64,000 bases of DNA. It comes from Camelus ferus. Lineage: Eukaryota. Of this stretch, positions 39,090 through 50,299 are shown in pieces. The position numbers and the translations under genes were made by a program. The stretch spans positions 19,160,001-19,224,000 of the forward strand of contig NC_045696.1 of assembly GCF_009834535.1 (NCBI RefSeq), written 5' to 3'. Numbering within the stretch: position 1 is the stretch's first letter; each line of letters starts with the position of its first letter. The notes below the pieces were generated by a model that did not search any database, had not been told where the DNA came from, and saw only the letters and a list, made by a program, of their open reading frames with translations.

Positions 39090-39750
39090 AACTATGTGGA
39101 CAACTTCAAGTCCCTACTCCTTAAGTGTGTGATGTACATAGTGACTTAACTGACAAGGGGTACAGTGGGAGAAATTGTGAATAAAAGAGTAATTCTACAG
39201 TGAAGAAACCTGACAAATTCTCCTCAGCCAGGTGATCAAAGATCACACCAACAATGAAAAATTATATTGATAGTACATACTCTTAAAATGATGTGAAGAA
39301 AATAGCATTTTAGTGATATTTATCTCAAAAACCCATAACTCCCGTCTAACCATGAGAAAAACATCAGACCAAACTTTTAAATTGATGGAGAGTTTAACAA
39401 ATATCTGACCAATAGGCCTCAAAACTGTCAAGGTCAACCGAAAACAAGGGAAGTCTGATAAACTATTCACCATCTAGAGGAACCTAAGAGGACATGCTGA
39501 CTACATGTAAGATGGTCTCCTAAATAGGATACTAGATCGGGAAGAAGACTGTGAGATTAACAAGTACAAAAATCAAGTCTTGACTATAGTTCATAAAAAA
39601 TATCAGTAATATTTCATTAATTGTGACAAATGCACCCCATTAAGATGCTAACTACAGAGAAAACTGGATACAGGCCATAGGGGAATTGTCTCTACTGTCT
39701 TTGCAGCTTTCTCTAAATCCAAAATGATGCTTAAATAGAATTTATTAAAA
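39090..39750 (+). mobile_element. L1MC-type 3' UTR fragment
   Basis: ctacagtgaagaaacctgacaaa..cctcagccaggtgatcaa..aaaacccataactcccgtctaaccatgagaaaaacatcagac..ctcaaaactgtcaaggtca..ctctactgtctttgcagcttt. Confidence 0.85.
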
Positions 39751-40376
39751 GAGTCTGAGCAGGTCTCTTGTCTAGCTGCTTCCAGTCAGTTCCATTTGTG
39801 AATAGTAATATCCAAATATTTCCTCCAGACATAATTTGAATTTGGAGCATATGGTTTTCAATATATTGCTCTCTGCTCTGTCTCTTATCCCTTGCCCCTC
39901 CTGCCCTACAACAAAATGATGGACGGCATCTTGTTTTTCTTCAGATGGGTTTGAATGTCTTCTACTGGGCATCTATGGACACTACCCACAGGGGATCATT
40001 GTAAATTAAATTCTAGGCTTAGGGTTTTGGATCACACAAATATGGGACATTGTAGTCTCAGAAATCTGTGAAGGCAGGCTTGTCTGTGTTTTCTCCTTTA
40101 CCCTAAAGTATTTTTCCAATTTTTAATTGGCAATCATGATTGTTACTTGTCTTCTTTAATGTAAATTATATTGGGAAGACCCGAAGATCTATATCTACAT
40201 ATTTCCACAGTGCGTGGGCTCTGTCTCTATCAGGAAGTAGGCTCCCTTTGTCAGAATACAGGATCCCTACTAGAATGTAATTGCATAGCTATGTTTTTAA
40301 TTTGAGGAAATGCTTTTTTATAATTCTTCTTGGAGAACACCTACCACACGTTTTTAAAAATACTAGAATCAGCTAA

Positions 40377-40713
40377 GATTGGTCTCATCCTCCCAAAATT
40401 ATCCCTTCCCACTTCCTTTCCCTGGTAACCATAAGATTGTTTACTGTCTAGGAGTATGTTTCTGTTTTGTAGATAATTTGGAAGTTTGAGATTTGCAAAT
40501 GTTAGCTACTATATATAAAAATAGATTTTTTAAAAAGTTTCTTCTGTATAACACAGAGAACCATATTTAATATCTCATAATAACCTTTAATGAAAAAGAA
40601 TATGAAAACAAATGTATATGCATGACTGACATTGTGCTGTACACCAGAAATTGACACATTGAAACTGACTGTACTTCAATTAAAAAAAAGAAAAAAAAAA
40701 GGATTGGTCTCAT
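40377..40713 (+). mobile_element. Young, 5'-inverted (twin-primed) L1 3' end with poly(A) and 12-bp TSD
   Basis: TSD GATTGGTCTCAT at 40377-40388 and 40702-40713; inverted segment 40389-~40474; sense segment ~40473-40700 ending cttcaattaaaaaaaagaaaaaaaaaa. Confidence 0.92.
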
Positions 40714-41049
40714 GGCCACTTATACATCTAAGCATCTTGCTGATAAAGCAGAAAATGCCCTAGCTCCAAAATTCCGTATGGCTGTTTAATTCCTTTTAAT
40801 GAAAGCCAGGAAAATGTGGCCTAAATGTAATGATTCTATTTACTTTTCCTCTTGGACACCATTAGCAAGGGCTCATTTATAGTGGGTAAGGGGCCATAAC
40901 AAGGACCAGTAGTTAGGATGCTGATGTCAAAGCAGAGGTTTAGACAGGGTATATTAATGAGGGAGGGATGGTAAGGGAAGAGATTCATTCTGGGTTGAAT
41001 CTCATGGATACATGATTTTGACTACTACACACCTTTTATATATAGGGTG

Positions 41050-41682
41050 ATCAATTCATTTGGGGCTGAAGCAAAACCTACAAAAATGGTTACCCTTTGT
41101 TAAATTTGTTTCCAATTTTTATTAGGATGGCATATGTTCCACTGCTGCTTGCCTTCAAAGCAACCCTATTTTTAGCTTCCTATACTCACAGTCTCAGTGA
41201 ATTCCAGTGTTCACAACTACCTTCTGTGAATTTGGTGAATCTCATTGGAATGACAAACCATAGTCATCTCACAGTGATCCCAGAGTGGTACTGACATGAT
41301 TAGCACATGAATGAATGAATGAATGAATGGCATGTGACTAAATGATGGACAGTGAGATATGAGAGCAAGTCTGCAGTGGTGAGAAGTCTTCTTGGAATAG
41401 TCTTTAGTTCCCAATACAATAAATTCAAGGAAGTGATGTTTCCTTGATTGGCATAGATATTGATGTGTAATGTGATGCCTGGACCTGCTGCAATCATCCT
41501 GTGACCATGAGAGAAGCTAATTAATATTCCCAGGATGTTAGCATAAAAAGATAAAAATAAGCTAGGAGCTACTGAACTACCAACCTCTGAACTGTTGTTA
41601 CTTAATATAATAAATTTCTTTAATATTGAAGTCATTTTTATTTAGATATTTGTTTCTTACAAATGAAAGCCTCTTACTAATA
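41050..41682 (+). mobile_element. MaLR LTR (MLT1J-like) containing a (GAAT)n stretch
   Basis: gtgatgcctggacctgctgcaatcatcctgtgaccatgag...cctctgaactgttgtta...ttgtttcttacaaatgaaagcctcttactaata. Confidence 0.65.
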
Positions 41683-43937
41683 TGGACATCCTATTATTAC
41701 AAAAATTTTGATACACTGTGGAGTAAATAAAATTCAACAAAATATAACTATACATAATTAAAATCTGCTCTAATGCCATTAGTTTAAAAGAAAATTAGTT
41801 TTTTTAAGACTACAGCATAGAAAATGACTTCTTAGTATTTACTTCTTTGATAAATTTAAAATATTGCTTACCTAGATTTAAGTATTTATATGTTTTGTTA
41901 AATTTAAAGCTAACATAAGGAAATTGAAATTCATATAATGATTTAATACATTGTAAATTTAATATGTGAGCAAAAGAAAATCCCTTTCTTCCCCAAGGTA
42001 ATTTTTTTTGCACTTTATAAAGGGGGCTATCCAAAAGATATTGTATTCCAAATATCTCAATACTACTTTTAAAACTAGTTTATTTTTTCTCAAATTATAC
42101 TGACACATTTTCTCTTGTTCATTTAATAAGTTTTAAAATTGACTCACTTCTAACTCTATGTAGCTTAGCTGTATAATAAGACTGATAAAATAGAAGACGG
42201 CAGCGAAGTTTTTACATAACAGTCAGTATTGAATATTAAGAATAGAGAATGATGCTATTTTAATAATATGTGACACCAGCATAAATTGTATCCCCAATTA
42301 TGTGATAAGTATAAGATGATTATATTATTTTCTCTAACTCATATAGGGAAATTTTTTAAAAGTCCCACCAGGAAAGGTAAGGTTGACACAAGCAATAAAA
42401 TTTATATATATTTTTTCTAGTCATTGAAACTCTTTCCTCTGACTTATGAGAAACACACTGAAATATTTTTGGCAGTGTAATGATAGTAAAGTCTGTTGTC
42501 TGATATTTTTATCAATGTAAATTACTTCCTTCATATGTTACTTCGAACATTTTGATTTTGATCATCATCCATTTTGGATCTCAAATCATTTTATATTTCA
42601 AAATCCTTAGGAATTTTTATATCAAATCCTAATTCACAGATAGTATATTAATTATTTTGATTGCATATCCAGATAACATCCTTTGTAAATTCAACTTTGT
42701 GCATAAGTACTTCTTAATAGCTATATTAATGATGATATTTAATCTGTTTATAAACATCTTCTTGTTAGTCTAGAATAAGAATTTATTTCCAAATGAATGC
42801 ATTTGCTAATAATTGAAATGGTTCTTGTATCAAAAAGCTTTAGCCTAAAAAATTCTGCAAAATCTGAGAAGGTCTTTTTTTGGAAACACAGTCTAGCTCA
42901 TTTTACAAATTGATGCAAGACCAGGTTTGCATATTCATGTTGAAGAAACCATCCCAGAGATGGTAATGAATAAAATGAGAAACACTTTATTTTCCCAAAT
43001 CAAGAGACAATTCGGCTGATTAAAAGTTAGGAGTATACCAAGTCTGATCCATGATCTTCTAGTGCAATGTTCCATACAATATTTTTTTCTGTAATTTTAT
43101 TTGACACAAACTGTAACTGCCTGGGATGCCTCTCAAATATAAAACAGAGTTAAAAATCTTATGAGTTTTCTCTGAGTCAAAAAGCTCATCTGCTTACAAA
43201 AAAAAGTATATGAAATAGTTTCCATTAACTCTGATTTTGGAAATTTGATTAGACAAAGATCTGCTTTACAAATTTTTATCTTTTGCGGTTTTATATATTA
43301 ATTCTATCTATCCATTGTAAATGGTGTTTACTTTTCCCCCTCAAATTCTTTAGGCATTACTCTCACCCTTGAGTCAATTTTGTCTTCTTAACACAATGAG
43401 TCTTTCGAGTACCTTTTTTGAGGATGAAAATTATAAATTGAGAGATACAGATTGATGCAAATTTATGAATAAATGAAAATAATGTGTGTTTTTACTTGTG
43501 GGGTTATGGTGGTTATTTATTAGATAAATTTTATTTATAGTCTCTCCTACTCTTCTATATGTTCACTAAATTTGTCTAAATTTTATGTCAATCAAAGCGA
43601 GAATTGTGATTACTCAATAGAATGTGTATTTGGCAATATATCTCTTTATATTTTTATCATTGCTTTACATATTTTGAAAATATGAAATTAGATGTATAAA
43701 AGCTTGGAGTGTTTTTAACATCTGTTATATTGAATCTTTAATATACTTCAAAATCTTTATTACTAGTTTTTTATTTTAGTTATGATTGCTATAACAAATT
43801 TATTTTTGCTAGTATATTTCCCATGTTTCATTTTTAAATTTGTGCAGTATTATCTTCTGAGTTTGCTGTTTGCCTGTATTACCTATAGCATATAATAACA
43901 GGTCCCCCTCCCCCTCACACACATACAATGTAGCTAA

Positions 43938-44337
43938 TGTATCAGATTCAGCATCAGAAAACTTTGATCTACCCATATTACATCTCAAAGAAAACTGAAA
44001 TTGGTTTCCTGGATATGAGGAATGAAACACGCCCTCTCCAAATCCAGTTTCAAAGAGTGCTCTGTGCCACTTTCCAGAATAAGTATGTATATATATATAT
44101 ATATATACACCTAGTTCCCTCAGCACTCCAGTAATTCTGATATATACGTTTTATACAGGTTCCCCAGAGTTTTCCTATAGGATTACTTGAGCATTGTATT
44201 AGCAACTTCTGCATACTCTTTGTTGACTTCTTCCCCAGTCCCTACTTCTCTGAGTATGTTCATGCAAACATCAAAATAATTACATTTACTTAAACCCTTG
44301 CCTCCAGGTCTGCTTCTGGGAGAACCAATAGAGATAA
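43938..44337 (+). mobile_element. LTR16-like ERVL solo LTR inserted in old L1 sequence
   Basis: ttccccagagttttcctataggatta...tacatttacttaaacccttgcctccaggtctgcttctgggagaacc matches the LTR16 3' end as I recall it. Confidence 0.65.
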
Positions 44338-44448
44338 CCAATTTCCCAATATTCATTTGTTAATTAGATAATTTATTGTAAATTTTGATATATTAGAGTT
44401 TATTTTCACCATCTTATATGGTCTTTTTTATTTACCCCATTTGATATA

Positions 44449-44469
44449 CACACACACACACACACACAT

Positions 44470-44520
<51 letters not shown>
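44449..44520. repeat. Compound (CA)n/(TACA)n/(TA)n microsatellite
   Basis: Read directly. Confidence 0.95.
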
Positions 44521-44874
44521 GACATTTTTATCACTTGGAATTCAGAAAGTGACAAGATACTTTATTTTGGAACTTACTTTTATCTTTATTTTAAAATAAA
44601 GTAAGAGAAAGGGAAATTCAGAAGCTTGAAGTTAATTCCAATAGAAAAATGTATTTTTAACACATAGAGGAAAAATTCATCCATATATGTTAAAGTAGAA
44701 CAAGTATTTAACAAAAAAAAACCTAAATCTAGGATATGATTTCAAATTACCTGACCCAAAGACATGGGAATAATTGTAAGTTGCTAAGAAATAGTTTATG
44801 CTTGGGCGTGGGCTTTAATCATTACAAAGCAGTTAATGTATCAAAATATTATTTATTTTGCAATTTGAAGGCAG

Positions 44875-45172
44875 GAATAAATTTGCAGAACAGAAACAGA
44901 CTCACAGACATAAAAAACAAACTTATTAAAGGGGAAAGGTAGAGGGGGAAGATAAATTAGGAGTTTGGGATTAGCAGATAAAAACTACTACATTTAAAAT
45001 AAATAAATAACAAAGCCCTACTGCATAGCACAGGGAACTATATTCGATATCTTGTAATAACCTATAATGAAAAAGAATATATATATACATATGTATAACT
45101 GAATCACTATTCTGTACACCAGAAACTAACACAGCATTGTAAATCAACTATACTTCAATAAAAATTTAAAAA
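44875..45172 (+). mobile_element. Cetartiodactyl-type L1 3' end
   Basis: acagaaacagactcacagacata...gataaattaggagtttgggattagcaga...gcatagcacagggaactatattcgatatcttgtaataacctataatg...gtaaatcaactatacttcaataaaaa. Confidence 0.9.
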
Positions 45173-45179
45173 TCAAATA

Positions 45180-45390
45180 ATTATTACTATAACAGCAACC
45201 ATTTCTGAAGTCCTTGCTAGAACAAAGACACAGTGGTCAGAACGTTACATCCATCCCCTCCTTTACTCTTCATCATGACCCTGGGAATATACACCATTAT
45301 CTCTATTTTACAGAAAAGAAATCTGAAGTCTTGAAACATTCAATACGTTGACTGCATAACAGATAGAAAGTATTCAAATTATTCTGAAGC
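45180..45390 (-). mobile_element. MIR
   Basis: ataacagcaaccatttctga...attatctctattttacagaaaagaaatctgaag. Confidence 0.6.
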
Positions 45391-45789
45391 TTATGGTTCA
45401 AATAGCAGGAAAATTGCAACGCTCTGGAAGAGAATGAAGTTGAAACTATTTTCCTGAGGCCAAAAAATAAAATGTTTTCAAGTACTTAATGCTAACCTGC
45501 AGCATAATGCTCTATATCATATAGTACAGTAATAAAGATACAATAATTTTAAAAAGCATCTATACTTTTTAAATTATATAGAAAATTTCAAAAGAGATGA
45601 TCTTCATTGACTCATAAATATCCCCTTTGATCTAGAGTCTATCTGCCAAAATGTACTTTGCTTCACCATGGAATCTTCAAGAGCGAATACACTGAATTGT
45701 ATAATTGTGTTGGAATGTGATAAATGCTTCTACGTATCTTGAGGTCAACGTACTATAAAATATAAACAAATATCGACAAAAAATGAAAT

Positions 45790-46045
45790 AGGCATAGTGC
45801 TTCAGAGCAAAGAACATTGCATTTACTCGGAAAACTTTTGAGCGTTCCATTTATTTAGGAGTCATAAGCTTTGGAGCTAAACTTTTAACATCTCAAAGCC
45901 TCATTTTTTTCCCTCTATGAGCACAGCACTGTCTCCACATTCTTCACAGAGTTGTCGTAAAGGTCACATGAAATCAGGATAAAATGCTGTAGAAACTGTC
46001 AAGTGCCATACAGGGGAAAAAGAATTAAGGTATTATTGTTAATAA
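45790..46045 (+). mobile_element. MIR
   Basis: ggcatagtgcttcagagcaaagaacattg...ttaacatctcaaagcctcattttttt...cttcacagagttgtcgtaaagg. Confidence 0.6.
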
Positions 46046-46049
46046 AGTT

Positions 46050-49000
46050 ACCATTTACAGGAATTTCCCATTTATATCCTCCTCTAATGTCTCTCTGATG
46101 GAATGTTTTGCCTTAGCCACTTCAACATGTCCACCATAGCCTCTACCATCTTGACTTTTTCTGATGCCAAAATGATAAAATTCCCAGTTCTCCATCTGTC
46201 TAAATGACAGGAAATAACTCAATTCACTGATCCTGACTTTATTTCCCAGATGGTTTCTGTATGAAGACATAGCACCTGCCCATTGTCTCCCCAAAAGAAT
46301 TCTTGCTAAAAGTTTTTGGTGATTTCAGTGCTAATATTAAAGATTCTTTCCGTTCTATAAACCCAAAAGTTCTTTCGCTGTTTCCCCTCCAATGAATTTA
46401 CCCTTCAGTTACTCGTTCTGTGTTAATGCCCAAGCCTTGTTATTTCTAGCACCCACACCCCCCACCAATATCAGCTTCAACTATTCCATTCACCAATCAC
46501 CACCTCTATCTTTTAAGTCCTACTTTTTATTACTACAGTTCTAACAACACCTTTTTTCTACCTGAGCCTCCTTCAGTCCGTTGCTATAGGACCCTTTTTC
46601 ACCCCAGCGTGTCTATATTTTCCTCATCACCTGCTTTGGTTTCATAGTCACTCTTTTGCATGAACTACAGTTCACTTCTTGCTCTCCCTTTTCTTCTGCA
46701 TTTTACTACCTTGGAGACATCCCAAACTTAATTAAGTCTACGTGTTCTATGCCTGCATCTGAGCAACTCTAAGTGGCTGGAGAAAAGCACACATGCATAG
46801 TGACTGATCACACTTCTAACTCCTGGCCAGTAACCTCAACTTCCTTCCTGCTCAGAGATGCTCCTCAGTGTTTCTTGTCCATTAACAGCCCCCTCCCCGT
46901 TCTAATCTCAAGGACCATATCACACCTTCCTCCTTCTTCTCAAACACCATTTTTTTTTCACCTGGGAAGGTATAATGAATCAAAAATAAAATATAACAAA
47001 TTTTTATGATCTATCTACCCATCTACCTGCATTCATACTTACATTCTGATTTTCCTCCTGATTTACGGTTCTTATCTAACCAGGCCAAAAAGCAAACCTT
47101 ACACTTATGAAATGAAATTATCCCCTCACAAACTACTTTGTTGCATGATTTCTCTGTATTTTTTAATCATGTAAATTGATTACTAGTTTAAAAACTTAAA
47201 TGCAGAATACATTTAGAAATGTTTTTGATCACACACTCTCTGTGCTATCACCAACCACCCTTTTACAGAACTTCCCAAGAGTTGTCTATATTTTGTGTCT
47301 CCAATTTATCTCCTCATTCTCTTTTAAACTCAGTCATGTCAGGTAACTCAATAATTACAGGTAAAGTCCCCAATGAAGTTTAGTTGTTAAATTAACTGGA
47401 CAATCATTTGCCCTCGTCTCACTTAACAACAGAAGCAATCTGCACAGCTGATCACTCCCTTTACAGATTCTTTACTTACGATCCAAGACCCATGCCCTCC
47501 TGATTCTCCTCTCACCTCTTCTTTCAGTCACTTTTGCTGATTCCTTTTATCCATTTAGTAATGCATACATCTGTCCTCTTTTCCCCAACGATAACACTCT
47601 CCCAGTGACTGCACCCAGCTTCGTAGCTTTAAAAATCATATAAATGTTGAAAATTTCATTTTTTTCCCATATGTTACCACAGAGAGGGAAAAAGGCCTCA
47701 GTTCTTTTAGCTTACCTGAGAGAAAAGAATTCAAACGGGCAACTGAAAACATTGTGTAAACAGAGAGTTTTATTAGTAAAGCAAAAATTTGCAAAGCAAA
47801 GTATACCTTTGAGAATTGCAGGTGGGCCAACTCAAGAATGAAAACAGTGCCCCTCCTTTATTTCTCCTGTCTTATATCCTTATGGGCATGCTTGTGATTG
47901 ATTGACAGCTCGTGTCCCTTGAGTGCTCGGGCACGCCCATCTCCGTTGCATGCTCTTACCCATGATGCACGCAGAAAAACCTACAGGAGGGGGCCCAAAC
48001 CGCAATGCTAATTATATTAAAATGAGCATTGGATCATTTAAGTTGGGCCCTTCTTTCTACTGTGCAACCCAACACCGAGTTCTAACATGCTTCTTTGTCA
48101 GCCCTCATATAGAGAAAATAAAACTCTTTGAAGCCCCTTAGCCTGAGTGCAGGAGTATTGTTATCTTCTTATCTGCTTACTGTCCCCCCACCTTTCCTCA
48201 CCCCTTGCCTGCTGCTCATTTCTATCTACCTGCCTATCACTTAGTCTGGATCTCTCATCTCAAATATACTTACTCAGAGCATTCACTTTTGTGCTTCTGG
48301 GTCATCACAAACATAGCATATCTAAATCTACATTTTTTATTTGCACTTTCCCTGGAACCTCTCTTTAGTTGCCCCCATTTCAGTAAACCACAACTCCATT
48401 TCTCTTGTTGCTCATACCAAAACCTTAGACTCATCATGAACTTATCTTTTCCTCTTCCACCTTTCATTAATAGCAAAACCCAATAATTACGATGTGATTA
48501 CCCTCTTAGCTGGTATAGACATACGCACACATGTAAACAGTGAGTTTTTACATAACTAAGGTAGGTAATACTCTCATTCATTTTTGCACCGATAAGGTAT
48601 CATAGTAAGTTTAAGTGGTATCTAGCTATATATCATAAAACAGGCCATTCTGGGATTTAAATCAAAATAGTCTGACTCCAGTGTACATGTCCTTAACTAG
48701 TCTGTTATGCTTTCAAAACATAGCGTGACTCCAAGTCAGTCAGTTCTCAAGGTCTTCACAGGTACTGACTTGCTCTGAGCCACAGTGCCTCTTAACTCTG
48801 GTACGGCAATGTCCCGCTAACTAACTCATCTCCAGACTACTGCTCCTGCCCTTTATAGTTCAAATTCAAAATGCTTTGTTTTTTTAACATCCATATACTA
48901 TCATACGTTTCTTTTCAAATCTTCTAAGTTTCTCCTCGTATTTCTCTCTCTCTCTCAAAATAAAACCAAACAAAATCCACAGTCCTTACCTACAGGCCTT

Positions 49001-49410
49001 GCTAGACCTGTGCCCCAAGACCCTGTCTTTCCTTCTGGCTTCACACCCTCTCTAGCCTCCAGGCTTTCTTTCAAAGTTCACGTGGGCCTTGCTGTATTTG
49101 CATTTGCTATTCTTTCAGGTTGGAATGCCTTTCTTCTGGATACCTGCCTGTCTTGCTCCTTCTCCTCCATCAGTTCTGTTCAAATACCACCTAATCTGAG
49201 AAGTTGTCCCTGAGCACCTTGTAAAAAATAACACCAGTCTCTTTCCTTATTATTCGACCCTGTTTTCTTCATAGCTGAGTGCTCTGTAAGGTCAGGGTGG
49301 GTTTTAATCTGGGTTTGTTTGTTTTTTTTCCCTTTTTACAAGAGGAAAAAATACTTTTTTTTAATTCCTAGAAGGATAATAGACATTAGTAGATACTCAA
49401 TGAATTAATT
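46050..49410 (+). mobile_element. Long L2 remnant interrupted by an LTR (47672-48200) and a MIR (~48490-48705)
   Basis: gtggctggagaaaagcacaca, gcaatctgcacagctgatcactccct, tccagtgactgcacccagcttcgtagctttaa, caaaaccttagactcatc, ggaatgcctttctt, and terminal tagtagatactcaatgaatt. Confidence 0.75.
47672..48200 (-). mobile_element. ERV1-type solo LTR, relatively young
   Basis: TG...CA termini (tgttaccac ... ctttcctca), reverse poly(A) signal ttttatt, and gcaatgctaattatattaaaatgag as in MER51/MER41-like LTRs. It retains several CpGs and splits the L2. Confidence 0.75.
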
Positions 49411-49913
49411 GCTTCTCTGAGTGATAAAATACTGTCATCTATTATTGAATACTTTGATGTGAAGTCTTCCAGACCTCATTTGCCATATTTTATCCAAAGA
49501 TAAAGGTAGAACAGAATAACTAGTCCACATCCATAATAAGTACTAGTATTTAATATATAGATGAATACTGAACTTCTCACCCCATCCTAACAACAGATGG
49601 AGGATTGTTCCACATGGTATAAGACGGTCCTTGAGGGAAGGATGGGAGTTCAACCAGGAGAATGGATTTACAGTGACAGACTTTGTTTTTATCTCTAACA
49701 GGATGTCAGATGTTGTGACATATCTATTTCAGGGTCAGTAAACATCTGGATAGTGTTATCTGGTTTAAACAAAAGTAAGTCATAAAATGGACAAGCGGCT
49801 GACAAATATCCTGACAGCAAACCATGGACTGAAGACATTGCTAGTAGTACAAGCGCAAGCAAACTAAAAGTAGCACAGTGTACACTTTTCTTACGGAGCA
49901 AAGGACTTACATT

Positions 49914-50053
49914 AGCACTGGAGCGGAGGCGGCAGTAGCAGTGGCGGCGAAAGACGGAAGCGAAGCCGGGAGCGCGGGGGCGAGCGCGGGGGCGGGCAGC
50001 GCGGGGGCGGGCGATGCGGGACCGAAGCTGAGGCCCACAGCGGCAACTACAGG
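49914..50053 (+). pseudogene. SART1: Isolated fragment of the SART1 5' coding region (Gly/Arg-rich N-terminus), non-functional insertion
   Basis: The frame starting at 49916 reads HWSGGGSSSGGERRKRSRERGGERGGG[QRGGG]RCGTEAEAHSGNYR, versus the mammalian SART1 N-terminus as I recall it: HRSGGSGGSGGERRKRSRERGGERGSGRRGAEAEARSSTHGR. It is preceded by an in-frame TAG (49913-49915), has no start codon, and has a sharp GC boundary on both sides. Confidence 0.85.
49983..50012. repeat. Perfect 15-bp tandem duplication (AGCGCGGGGGCGGGC) x2
   Basis: 49983-49997 is identical to 49998-50012; a 12-bp copy AGCGCGGGGGCG precedes it at 49971-49982. Confidence 0.95.
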
Positions 50054-50299
50054 ATAGAAACAATGCCAGGATAAGAAGATTTAAAGGGAAGATGACAAAA
50101 ATTGAAAGAGTCAGAAAACAATTGGCAAAGAGCATTTAATTCTCATCTAAGTATGTGTTATAACTGGAGATATTGGTTAATGATAGTGTTAAGCCATCAT
50201 GGCTAGATAAACCATTAAGAACTAAATGCTGACAAAAGTGTGAATTTTTATTGAGCAATAAATATCCATAAGTATTTTACTGAGAGTTTCCTGTGTCAA

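Larger units (their letters stand above)
38100..40850 (-). mobile_element. Old MLT1 LTR (~38100-38570) plus adjoining MaLR internal region, interrupted by two L1 insertions
   Basis: LTR motifs taaaggtttattttctctta, catctcattggagaaaattttgtcctatgaatacaccta; then ttatccaaagatctatatactc..ttcccctctctagcaagaaaattctaaa..cagtaactg, resembling the reverse strand of MLT1-int. Confidence 0.5.

Noticed and set aside
49914..50053. GC-rich island as a CpG-island promoter or as an endogenous viral Gly/Arg-rich capsid fragment
   Set aside because: It is too short for a conventional CpG island, no viral motifs flank it, and the translation is explained much better by SART1.
49905..50060. Target-site duplication around the SART1 fragment (acttaca / actaca)
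   Set aside because: The match is short and imperfect, and the right copy may be decayed SART1 codons.
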